A DNA stretch of 36,268 nucleotides from Octopus bimaculoides (lineage: Eukaryota): positions 75,260,886-75,297,153 of the forward strand of contig NC_068985.1 of assembly GCF_001194135.2 (NCBI RefSeq). Direction: 5' to 3'. The notes beneath the pieces are model-generated. The model saw nothing but the letters and a program-made list of their open reading frames with translations. It was not told the DNA's origin and searched no databases. Position 1 is the stretch's first letter; the number at the start of each line of letters is the position of its first letter. The position numbers and the translations under genes were made by a program. Below, piece by piece: positions 1 through 10,698 of this stretch.

Positions 1-68
1 CATAAGAAGATTACGAGTTTACATTATTTACATTTGACGGATATTTGTCCTCGTCTTGTTTGTTGTTA

Positions 69-109
69 ACACATTTCGGCTGATATACCCTCCAGCCTTC
101 ATCGGGTGT
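69..109 (-). ncRNA. Degenerate minimal hammerhead ribozyme motif
   Basis: Minus strand reads ACAC-CCGAUGA-A-GGCUG-gagggtatat-CAGCC-GAAAU-GUGU. Stems I and II are intact, but the core has CCGAUGA instead of CUGAUGA and lacks 3 nt of the AACGUU seen in the other copy. Confidence 0.7.
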
Positions 110-165
110 CTTGAGGAATTTTCGAACTTGGGTTCTTATTCCTAAGGTATTTCTCGATGTTGTTG

Positions 166-167
166 TA

Positions 168-243
<76 letters not shown>

Positions 244-245
244 CC

Positions 246-296
<51 letters not shown>
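166..296. repeat. (ATT)n microsatellite interrupted by caggccagt
   Basis: Direct reading; source of the poly-Ile ORF 111-317. Confidence 0.97.
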
Positions 297-300
<4 letters not shown>

Positions 301-359
301 CCAATACTTGGAGTTAGTATTGCGAAATTTTGGAGTTAGAATTGCGAAATTTTGGGAGC

Positions 360-1200
360 GTTCATTCATACTGGTTTCTTTAATGTTCAGCCATTCAATC
401 ATTTGTTTTTTAGATCATGAAGTTCTGTTGGGTCAATTTCTGTGTGACTTTCGTCATCTATTTGATTTTCGTCTGCCTTAGTGTTTAATGTTGGTTCAGA
501 GAGCTTTTCACTTTGCTTATCAGTTACATTAAATCTTTCAATCATGAATATTGCATTTTCATCAGACCTGGGTTTATCTATAATTATTTCCGCTGTAGTA
601 TCTCTTTTAGCTGCAACTTTGTTCTTTTTATCCCTTACTGATTGTTTAATTTGATCAATCTCTAATTTAGTTAGTAATTCCTTTTTCATAATGTGTCTTC
701 TGACTTTGGCAAGTTTGTTACAGTCTATGTAGAGTCTTACTTTAAGGTGTACAAACCTACTTTAAGTAGTTTTGTACAGTATTAGATTTATTTGTAGGGA
801 AATAAATGGCATGATAGAAGGCCTTAAGAACTTCTTTATTATCTCCTCTAGTCCATTTTCATTGTTTTTCAAGTGGTTATTTGATAACGAGCATGGCTGG
901 CTATTGTTGGAAAATATTCGGGTTGTGGGGTACTTCCAGCTCCTGTGTTTCGGGAAGATTCGAACCAGTAGCTGATTTTTCGTATCCAACCTGGTTTATC
1001 ATTCGAATATGCGGTCCTTGGTGATCCGGTTTGTATTTTGCTTTGTTATCATTGAGGCATAACGAGCTTCGACGTTGAAATTAGGGGACGGATCTGTCTA
1101 CTTAGGGTTAAGTTTTTGAGACAACAGTGCCTCCGAGTTCTCTGAATGAAAAGATTGCTCGTAACGTAGCTTCTTAAGGCTAACAGATCTGTATTCATCT
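360..1200 (-). mobile_element. R4/Dong-clade non-LTR retrotransposon, 5'/N-terminal fragment (copy F), decayed
   Basis: Minus frames give KWTRGDNKEVLKAFYHAIYFP (~800-860) and NKLAKVRRHIMKKELLTKLEIDQIK (~660-720). These match the N-terminus of copy A (TREEYIEAIYAYYYALG; NKLANGRRDIFRNKRLT). No RT is present. Boundaries approximate. Confidence 0.7.
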
Positions 1201-1249
1201 GTATTTTTTTGTTCCCTGATAGATTTATCTCCGGGCATATTTTTTGTGT

Positions 1250-2520
1250 TATTTTTAAACTTATGAACTGTCACTCTGTGTTAGTTCGAAAAACAAAATG
1301 TTGCTTTATTTTCTATTTGTTGCTTGTTTTTTTTGCTTCGTTTATGATGTTTTTCATATGCGTGTATGTGAGTCCTGTAAATGTCACGTAGTTGTGTAAA
1401 CATTGGGATGTATGTGTAGTCCTATGGGTATTAAATTATATGTATCAGTGTGTACTTACGTGAAGCTGGGACGTTTTTTCTAAATTTGTCATGAAATATA
1501 TATTAGTAGGGATTACATAATTAAAGGGAATGTCACACCAGACTACATCATCATTCTTAGAGATCCTATATTTATTAAAGTGGATTTTATCAGTCCTTCT
1601 ATTACTTCACAAACTCTCCATTTGATTATTAATTACGGTCTCATTATCAATATTTATGTTATCATTAGAACAGGCTTCTTTCAACTCAATCACATCCTTA
1701 CTATTATTATACATGGTAGATATTTGACTGTCTTTAGATTCTATTTTATTATTGTTATATATATTCTTCTTTATTTTAATGTGAATGTAACAGGAAATTC
1801 CAGTAGGTCTCTCTGCTCGACTAGATTAACTATTTTTATTCTTTTCCCTTCGATTTCCTTTACCGTGTCTAGTTAGCATTAGACCTACCGAATTAAGGAC
1901 AGTAATTCCTGATTGTATCTTGCTTTAGATAGAGCAGTGTTATAGCAGAAGGAGCATGTGTTAAATATACCCCTATTAGCTGATAATTGCGTAATTCGCA
2001 TCGAAATTCCTTTTACTACTGAATTTAATACATTGGGGGAAGATTAGATTTGTTCATATACCTCCGAGTAACTTCATCTGGTTTTCTACCGGGGTAATAT
2101 AAACTAGAGTTTATAGCTAGAGATAGTATGTAAGAAGATACTGCGTTCGTACCACAATCGAAGATTTTTTCTGCATTCTTTCTATGACGTTTTTACTATT
2201 ACTAGGTACAATGAATAAATCATCATCTCTATAAAGACCACCCTGAAGTCCAGGGATTTCACTAAGACATTTTAAGAGATATGCACCAACCAAATCAGTA
2301 ACCTGGACGGAGTCACTCGAACCCGTAGGAATATTAAAATTATTATGGGTGTCACACCTCATTCATAACGTACCTTCAAATTCTATGATAATTTTCCTAG
2401 CTAGAAAAATAATGCCTATTTTGTCCCTGGTTATAAGAGAGAGAAGCTTTTGGCCAAAATCAGGAACTTATTTCGGAGAATAGGGAGATTGTAAATTAAT
2501 GACTGTTGATATCAAACAAT
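1250..2520 (-). mobile_element. Penelope-like element RT/thumb/linker remnant (copy G, LYRDD type)
   Basis: ORF 2117-2362 contains NNFNIPTGSSDSVQVTDLVGAYLL...GGLYRDDDL (RT motifs 4-5). Further matches: RKPDEVTRRYMNKSNLPPNVLNSVVKGISMRI (thumb, ~1990-2090) and DDVVWCDIPFNYVIPTNI (linker, ~1500-1555). No GIY-YIG seen. Confidence 0.75.
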
Positions 2521-2810
2521 ATAAGTGTTATGTTTGCTAGTACTGATATACAATGTGCTAAAAAATAGTTTAACCTTTATATTGGAAATCTATATTTTCG
2601 TTTGCAATAGGAGAGCGGTGTATTTGAAATTGATGTAATGTATTCATTGATCGATTAAATGCAGCCGCTTGAAACGGCCGTAATGCATGAATACCTGGAC
2701 TTACTTGTTACTTATTTACGTTTTATTCACCTAACTACGAGCTGTACGGGCTATACTGAACTGGCTTTGTTCCTGAAATTAAGTACTTCACTCGTTTGAA
2801 TCAAAATCAT

Positions 2811-2815
<5 letters not shown>

Positions 2816-2884
<69 letters not shown>

Positions 2885-2960
2885 CGTGTGTGTGTATGTG
2901 CGTGCGTTTGTGTGTGTGTTTGTGTGGTTGTGTGTGTGTATGTGTGTGTGTATTGTGTGT
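2816..2960. repeat. (GT)n microsatellite
   Basis: Direct reading. Confidence 0.97.
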
Positions 2961-3457
2961 ATAACTTGCGAGATTCCACACAGTTTCATTCACACGGTAT
3001 AGTTTAGATTGGAGCCCTGATAGGGAACACTTTTTCAATATACATAGATCACGACATGAACAAGAATCCTCTTTGTTGCAAAAAGAACTTCTTAAATACA
3101 GTTAAACCTGCACTTATATTATATTTATAATAATCTATTTATATACGTAAAACATATCTATATGCATTGAGTGCCTATAAAAGAAATGTCAACCATCTCT
3201 CCTTCATGAAAAATTCATAGTCGCTAAATAAATTATTTTACTTGCGATACATGGCCTTTTACCTTCAGAATGTTTTCATCGTCAAGCGGAAGATCTCACA
3301 TTTTTACTGGAAATGTCGAGATGAATAAGAGATATTATTCAACAAACATGTTAGTAGTACATCCAACAATATTCTATGACGACATGACATTTATAGTAAT
3401 GGAACATGTGTGTGTGCACCCACGCGCGTGTATAGACATGCGCATACACATAATTCA

Positions 3458-3562
3458 TATATATATATATATATATATTTATTTATTTAGATAGATAGAT
3501 AGATAGATACGTACATACATACATAGATTCTCTGTGTGCGCGCGCCTGCNNNNNNNNNNATG

Positions 3563-3620
<58 letters not shown>
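3458..3620. repeat. (AT)n / (ATAG)n compound microsatellite spanning a 10-N gap (3550-3559)
   Basis: Direct reading. Confidence 0.93.
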
Positions 3621-3622
<2 letters not shown>

Positions 3623-6054
3623 CTTTCTGTATGTGCGTGTGTGTGTGAATGAGTGCTTGCCACATTAAAATATGCTATGTTTTGTATCAGAACATGATGT
3701 TTTTTTTTCTAATGGTCCGCTGGCTTACATTGATGGTATACTCAAAATTATAAAGGAGTCTCATCCTTAGATGCAATAACAATAATGATGTAGGTGATCA
3801 TGTAGATAGAAGAACAACTGTAGCAGTAATTCCATGAGGCAGGAGTAGGAGATGGGGAGGAGGTGGTGGAGTACTGGATGAGATGGAGCAGGTGGAGGAA
3901 AACTTGCGGAAAAACGGAAAGCAGAGTTTGATTGAAAGGAGAATGATTAAGTAATGCAAGAGTAATTTATTTTGTACTGCCATACTTCCGTCAATGTTAT
4001 TTTATGGCAAAGTAAAAACACAAATTAATTTGAATAAATTCAAACGATCAAATGAAGAGGTTAGTTAATCAAAAAGTTACAGGAAAATTATGCAAAAAGA
4101 CGTTTATCGCATTAAAAAAAACTTCTTAGACTTCATTATCAAAGCATAGATTAACTGTGATTAGAAAAATGTAGAACAACAAGAGAGATGAGAAACATTT
4201 CATTTGAGAATGAAAAGAGATTTCTTATAAAATAACAAAAAAATAAATGGGGAAAAAAATAAACAGAGATGACTACTGAATGGAAATTTCTAGTAAGGTG
4301 ATCACTGCAACATTTATTGGGTAAACAAAGAAATTTTAATTAATCAAAATTATGCCGCTAGTGACATGAAGAATCTCTTTGTACTTTAGTAATTTTAGTT
4401 TAAAAAAGGACGAGATGATAATCTCGAAATCATTTGTAATTATGATTTATTAAATATAGAAATGTTATGTTCTCGAAATTTATGTATTAGCTTAATATAA
4501 GTTTGATTAAGTTTTCTGCAGTGCAGAAGAGAGGTTTTAATAAAAGCCCAACACATTCTGGACAATGAAATGCTTGCTTTGCATTCTATTTCGACAGTCG
4601 TTAACTTTAGACTTTACCTTATCAAGCATAGATGATATAACGGTTGGAAATATTAGTCTCATATTCTCCAAGTTTATGTAAAAATTAAAGTGGTGAAAAG
4701 TGTATTGCAGTATTGTTGGTATTATAGGAAAGCGAGCAGGACTAAAGTTTGCAGCGAGATTGGACTCTTTTAAACGAACACAAAAGTATGAAAATGTGTC
4801 ACATTGCTTACTCGTTGAAAAAAATAAACCTTCACTTCCGAAAGAGGATCAATGAGACAAAAGCTACATTCTTTTTCAGTTCTGTCATTGCGATTCGTCA
4901 AAACTGTTTATATACAGCTATATTAATCTGAAGAAAAGTACGTGTGTGTGTGTGTGTGTGTACTTGTGTGTCTGTGTACTTGTTTGTGTTGTGTGTGTGT
5001 ACTTCTCTCTGTGTGTGCATGTGTGCTTACGTATGTATACATAAATGATGCATGTCTATATATATATGTGTGCATGTATGTATATTTGTAGGCAGGCAGG
5101 CAGGCAGGCAGTCAGACAGGCATGTTTTTATTTACAGGAAGAGAATAAAAAAGAAAAATAGATAGATAGTCCGGTCGATAAATGCTCAGACAGATTAACA
5201 TTTATATGATTTATGTTGTTTCATATGTAACGTGATTCATACCCTATACACTGCCTTCAAGCTGCGCGCTAGATTAGACACATTGTATTATCGCTTTTAT
5301 TTCTCTTATATCTACTTTCGAATTTTGTCGATATTGCTTTTTGGTCTTTGACGTGGAAAACATAAATATCAGTAGTATATTTAATCAATTATAAAACGCT
5401 CCTAAACAAATTTCATTCCATGTATCGCTAAGAAGAGGAAATAATTATTTAATATTAGATGAGAACGGATATAACTAAATATGTCTAGATTAACAGAGAC
5501 GAATAACGTTTTGGTAGTCACATGTTCCTTGATATTTCAATTCATCGTAACCATTGAAATTATATACTATACATAGTTCCTGTTTGACTGGTGTAATTAT
5601 TATATGTTTATGTAAAGGAATGCTGCATTTTCAATATTTTGCATTGTTATTATCTCTGAAATATGAAGATCCAGATATCCAGATTCTAAATAGCAGAAAT
5701 AATGCTAAGTACAATTTCCATATAATATATGATATTTGGTAAAGTTGTTTTCTCCCGTTTATTAATTCTACCATCAAAAATATAGGTTCGTAAATGCTTC
5801 TTGGAATATGCAACGCTAAAATGACACTCGCTTGTTAAATAAACGATACTACTTGAATACGTTTAATGTTATACGTTTCAAACACTTGGCACAACTGTCT
5901 TTGATCATCAAATAACATTTCTGTCGGCACGCTGCTTATTTACTCCTTTGCCAAAGCCAATATTTCAAACTATAGCAACTATTCCAGAATAATGATTACC
6001 CTCAAAATAAAACTGTAGAACACTATCTGTCGTCTGTATATTCCAATATAATTT

Positions 6055-6235
6055 TGCTCAAGTTACAAACGTCCACTCCGGTATAGCGGTATAGTTAGTT
6101 AGACAAGTAAAGACACGACTATCTATCGCCAACTACCCGACTGACACTCCTAGACTACTTACGTCACAGTATTTGTAACGACTAATATGTACCATTATGC
6201 AGGAGTGTTCCATTATTATTATTATCTCCATAACA
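6055..6235 (-). repeat. 3' LTR of Gypsy element
   Basis: Direct repeat of 9076-9254 (about 12 mismatches in a ~110-nt core, counted by eye). Begins TGTTATGG on minus, immediately after the purine tract AAGGGAAGA. Confidence 0.88.
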
Positions 6236-6244
6236 TCTTCCCTT
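6236..6244 (-). promoter_or_regulatory. Polypurine tract (PPT)
   Basis: AAGGGAAGA directly abuts the TG of the 3' LTR. Confidence 0.7.
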
Positions 6245-6734
6245 ATAATTTTTTTCCTTTGAGAGTGTACTGTGTAATTTTTCTTAATAACAATAATTTT
6301 TACATTGACCCACCTCCATTTTTGATTGTTTTTTATCTTCTTAATACAGTGACAAATTTGATAATTTTTCGTTTGGCATCCATTTCCAGGAACTCCGTAC
6401 ATTTTCTTTTTCTTTCGCTTTTGCGTCTGGGTTCAATTATTTGTAGTGGCGTTGGTAGTTGAAAAGTATCATCTATCAATTCCATTGGTTCATCCATTCC
6501 CTTGGATTCTCTCTCAACGAATCTTTGTTTAGTTGGTTCATGTGTCCCTTGTATACCCCTTTTCTTCATTTTACTACGAATAGCATTTTTCTACACGTTT
6601 GGTAATTACACCATCTTCCTAGCTTGGTTGGCTTTTCTTATATGCCTGAATACCTTTTCACCAATTTTGAAATATCGTGCTGTATTATCCATTGCAATTT
6701 TTCTTTTCTGACCAGGTAGTAATTTGTGGAAAAC

Positions 6735-7187
6735 TTATATTATTTTCCTCGCAAAAATCAACTCCGCTGGTGTCATATCTGCAGGTGTGTCTGGATTTGT
6801 TTTCGCAGGGTATACCCTTAAGAATTGTTGTAAAGCTACCTCATTCGTAACTTCTTTATTGGACTTTCTTCGGGATCTCTTCAACGTATCGACATTGCGT
6901 TCTGTTTGTCCGTTAGATCTGGAATGGGATGGCACCGTAGTTAGATGTTCTACAGCGAAAATCTCACAAAACGTTTTAATCTCAAAAGACATATTGCGTT
7001 CCATTGCCAGACATTATCGCGTCTGGGACATCAAATCTCACTAACAGCTCATGCAGAAAATGTGTCCCAGTTGAGGAGGTGGGCTGTTTACACCTACAAA
7101 TTTCTGGTCATTTAGAGACACTATCTACTATCACTAGTATGAACCGTTTAAGGGATTAGCGAAATCGATGTGTTGTCACGACCACGG
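6735..7187 (-). pseudogene. Gypsy integrase core remnant
   Basis: PWS*QHIDFANPLNGS...RFDVPDAIMSGNGTQ and HSRSNGQTERNVDTLK...TPAELIFARK; contains stops and frameshifts. Confidence 0.88.
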
Positions 7188-7199
7188 AACATCTATTCT

Positions 7200-7596
7200 T
7201 CCCCAAATTTAAATAAGCCATGGATAATAAGAGTGAGCATTCTTCTACTCGGATTTTTAAATATGCCTCCGAGAGGTCTAATTTTGGGAAGAATTTCCAT
7301 CCATTCAATTTTTCGAACGTATCCTCAGAACTCGGCAATAGGTAGTTATGTAAGATTAAGCAATCTTTCAACCCAGTTGAAAAATCTGCACAAACTCTTA
7401 ACTTATAATTCTTCTTTTCTGAATGGTCCGCCTTCTCGATTATTCCTAGGTTTTCACGTCTTTCAAGTTCCTTAATTATCTGTTTCAATGCCGCGAATGG
7501 TACATTCCGTTTTGGCTTAAATACAGGTGTTGCACTTTGTTTTACTACAATTTTTGTCTGTTTTCGTGCAGCAAACCACTTCATCCTAGAAAACAT
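7200..7596 (-). pseudogene. Gypsy RT N-terminal part (motifs 1-3 only)
   Basis: PVFKPKRNVPFA...LRVCADFSTGLKD...KLDLSEAYLKI, ending at GLFKFG. Confidence 0.9.
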
Positions 7597-7741
7597 CTGG
7601 AAATAAATGTTATATTTTTCGTTTCAATCCCTCAGCTCCATTCAAACCTTCGACTGACCCGACAATATTCTCATACAAAATATTTATGGACGTATTCCAC
7701 AATTTGAACAGATCTATCCACTCAGTGCCGAATAGATTAAC

Positions 7742-8017
7742 TTAATCTTTTAACACATATACGTTTGGCGTTCTCATTTGGTCACGAAATGTCACATTAC
7801 ACACTAATTCACCTACAACAAACAAACTTATCCCCGTAACACCGTGTGTTGCTTTTGTAGATTTACTTAATTTTGGCTTACCGATATACTTCCAACTTTC
7901 TTCATTCACAATGTTAATATCACTGCCAGTATCTAACTGCATTTTTACTCTTATATTTTCAATTTTCACATTTATGAATTTCCTCTCTGTCACATTATCA
8001 TTTTCTGTCGACGACAT
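7742..8017 (-). pseudogene. Gypsy aspartic protease remnant
   Basis: VKMQLDTGSDINIV retropepsin motif. Confidence 0.9.
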
Positions 8018-8069
8018 CTTGTTTTCTCTTTTTTCTTTCTTCCAACGCTTTGTTATCTTGGTTTTACAG

Positions 8070-8991
8070 TGCGCTTTTACGTGTCCAATTTTTCCACAGC
8101 GGAAACATTCCGCTTTCGTAAATGTGCAGCTTTCTCTCAGATGTAGACCTCCGCATGCGTTTGTTTCCTGATTCTAATCCTGTTTGTACTGTATTTTAGT
8201 ACACACTTAATTTTTATTCTGCCTGTTTCGCACTTGGTTCGTTTAGGAGAAATCTCTGTGTTCAATTTTCTCTGTGTCGTGTTTTACATATTCTTTCACA
8301 CTCTTCTGACACTTGTTGTAAGGTTTCAGCTTGGTTTGGTTCCAGCTTAGTGAGAATCCTTGTTCTTCTGCGTCTTTTTCTGCAGTTAGTCTCTTCGTAA
8401 ATATCAGGCACTTGAACATATCTTGCGTTAATCCATCCAGTTTGAGTTTTTCACATTCTCTGCTAACTCTACTAGCATATGTGATGTAGTCCCCCTCGTT
8501 GTTCTTTTGTAGGTTTAAACATTTCCAGCTTGTATTGAATAACGTGTTTTTTCTCCATAAAAATTTTAAACAATATATCTATTTTATTTTCAATGTTTAT
8601 GTCAGAAGGTTTCTTCGGAAGTACGCAATAGCACTCCTGCTGCCAGTTTTCTTAGGATTAGACGTATTTTCATATTGTCGTACCAATATTTCCATTCTTT
8701 ATTGAGGATCTATTCGTATCATCTGTAGTACGCCTGGTTCATACTTATATTCCGATATTGAGGTTACAACATAATCTGGCGAGAACATCTTTTCAGCATT
8801 TGTTTTGACAACTTACTATTCATTAATTTCAGCATTTGTTGCTGCTGTAATATTAATTGTTCTTGCTGTTGTTGTCCTTGCAGTTGTTGATGCTGCTGTT
8901 TTTGCAACTCGAGCAAGCCGGCCAAAACTTCTTTCATGATTTTACGTTTTTGTATACCGTAAAATTCGCACAATAAACGTTTGAGTTTCAT
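8070..8991 (-). pseudogene. Gypsy gag remnant with CCHC zinc knuckle
   Basis: CFRCGKIGHVKAHC (CX2CX4HX4C) at ~8075-8115, Gln-rich N-terminus, FSPDYVVTSISEYKYEP and LPKKPSD segments. Confidence 0.82.
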
Positions 8992-9075
8992 AACTCCTTG
9001 TGTTTGTTTAATCCGCGTGAGATTGTTAATTCATCGTGAGTTTGTTAGTTCCTCGACTCATCTATTGTAATCCAA

Positions 9076-9254
9076 TGTCGAAGTGCTATAATGTCCTTCT
9101 CCGGTATAGCAGTATAGTTAGTTTGATAAGTAAAGACACGACTATGTATTGCCGACTACCCGACTGACATTCCGCGACTCCCTACGTCACAGTATGTGTA
9201 ACGACTAATGTCACGTGGGAGGTGTGTTACATTATTATTATTATCCCCATGGCA
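9076..9254 (-). repeat. 5' LTR of Gypsy element
   Basis: Matches 6055-6235; TG...CA ends (minus strand TGCCATGG...TTCGACA). Confidence 0.88.
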
Positions 9255-10255
9255 TCATCCATTAAGGTCATTCAATTAGAAGTTTAGAGATTCGTATTTT
9301 AACAGCATCTGTAAGAAATGTGTGGTTCAGAACCATCATACTAAGGCGAAATTGAAGGTTGTCAAACTACGAGCCCAAATGCATGATGGGTCGTATCACA
9401 TGAATCTCGCCTGCCCAATCATAACGATAATAATTTTGTTCTGGCTTGCTTTGGGATAATGTTCTAACTAGTTTCTTCAATTATTTCATGAATTATACGG
9501 AATTATTTTGTTTACTTAAACTTAATTGTAATTAAGTAAATGATACCTGCGGAAAGAAAATAGACCCAATCAAGGAGCCAATTTAATCAGGAAACCATTT
9601 TGGAGTAGCTGGATCTGCTGGAAAAAACAGTCAATTTTCAATCTACCCCTCACCCTTAATTAAAGAAAAACATATTGGTCAATGTAGCTTCTAATAAAAA
9701 ACAGAAATAAGGGAATACATCTCTTACCATTGGTGTTTCCAAGCATGGCTGACTTGGAGATATATCAATACATACTCGTGAATAATTTTACTGGAGAATG
9801 TCAATGGCGAATTTCACAGCACTACGTGAAAATAGAGATTTAATTTGCCATGAATAAGAGCACATAAACTGTCACAAGTCTCACTTTTTTCAAATCACTT
9901 TCTTCTATATTTTATACTTTCCAACCGGTCTAATTCACAACGTGAAAAGTTCATTCGTCCCTTGTGTTTTATATTCTTACCACTTAATTTTTCGATCTGT
10001 CTCTTCTCTCTAAAAAATCGTTAAATGCGTAAAAGTTCAGTATAGAGTAGCCAAGAACTTTTTCAGCCATCTAATGCAAGTAATGTTATTTTAACTTATA
10101 ACAACTTATTCAAAAAGTACCCAAAATGTAGAAACGTTCGCTCAATATATTGTGCACTCTACTTTAATATCGCAGATTTCACTGGATTACACATATTTCA
10201 TTAAATTGCCAACGTTATGCCTAAATCAGAAACTACTATTATTATTGTTATGTTG

Positions 10256-10573
10256 TTTTTTTTCTTCTTTCTTCTAATTTTCTTCCATTTCTCGCCGAGT
10301 CTTTTCCGTACACCTAGGGCAGAGAAACTCGTTGTATGCATTCCCAGTTTACACACGCAAATTCACAGGTAAAACATGTATTTAAGAAAAAAAAATTCAT
10401 GAATGAATGTTGTTTTCAGTGATAATGCTCTTCTCAGTACATGAGTCGTTCCAGTTAACACGATTTTTTGCACTTCCTGTAGGGATGGTAAGCCTGGTAT
10501 CATTTACAAATAGGTTTCAGTACCTTTTTTTATCATTCCTAGAGACCCTACAATCACTGGTATGGTAGTCACC

Positions 10574-10574
<1 letters not shown>
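10256..10574 (-). mobile_element. R4/Dong copy Z: extreme 3' end, heavily 5'-truncated
   Basis: VTTIPVIVGSLGMIKKGTETYL*MIPGLPSLQEVQKIVLTGTTHVLRRALS, the RLE C-terminal segment shared with copies A, B, C and E, then a 3' UTR and short AAT-like tail. Confidence 0.82.
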
Positions 10575-10637
<63 letters not shown>

Positions 10638-10698
10638 CATTCTTATTATTATTAGGCTTTGTGCCTATAGTAGAATGGGTTATTATTATCATTATTAT
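10575..10698. repeat. (ATT)n tract containing a SINE-3'-end-like motif (10658-10675)
   Basis: Direct reading. Confidence 0.92.

Larger units (their letters stand above)
1..302 (-). mobile_element. Penelope-like pseudo-LTR fragment (3' half plus AAT tract), same family as 27796-28060
   Basis: Positions ~50-165 align by eye with ~27835-27950 (cttgtttgttgtt.acac, ataccctc.agccttcatc.ggtgtcttg.ggaa, attcctaaggtattt), followed by (ATT)n and attcagg as in the other copy. Confidence 0.85.
6055..9254 (-). mobile_element. Ty3/Gypsy LTR retrotransposon, internally deleted and decayed
   Basis: Two ~180-bp LTRs, a PPT, and gag-PR-RT-IN order on the minus strand (see sub-features). Confidence 0.92.

Noticed and set aside
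3269-3330. Strong-looking plus-strand acceptor (tttaccttcAG) followed by short open frames
   Set aside because: No donor or recognisable product; such acceptors are common by chance.
6050-9259. TSD and primer-binding site for the Gypsy element
   Set aside because: Flanks AATTT and TCATC do not match, and the sequence after the 5' LTR is not a recognisable tRNA complement.
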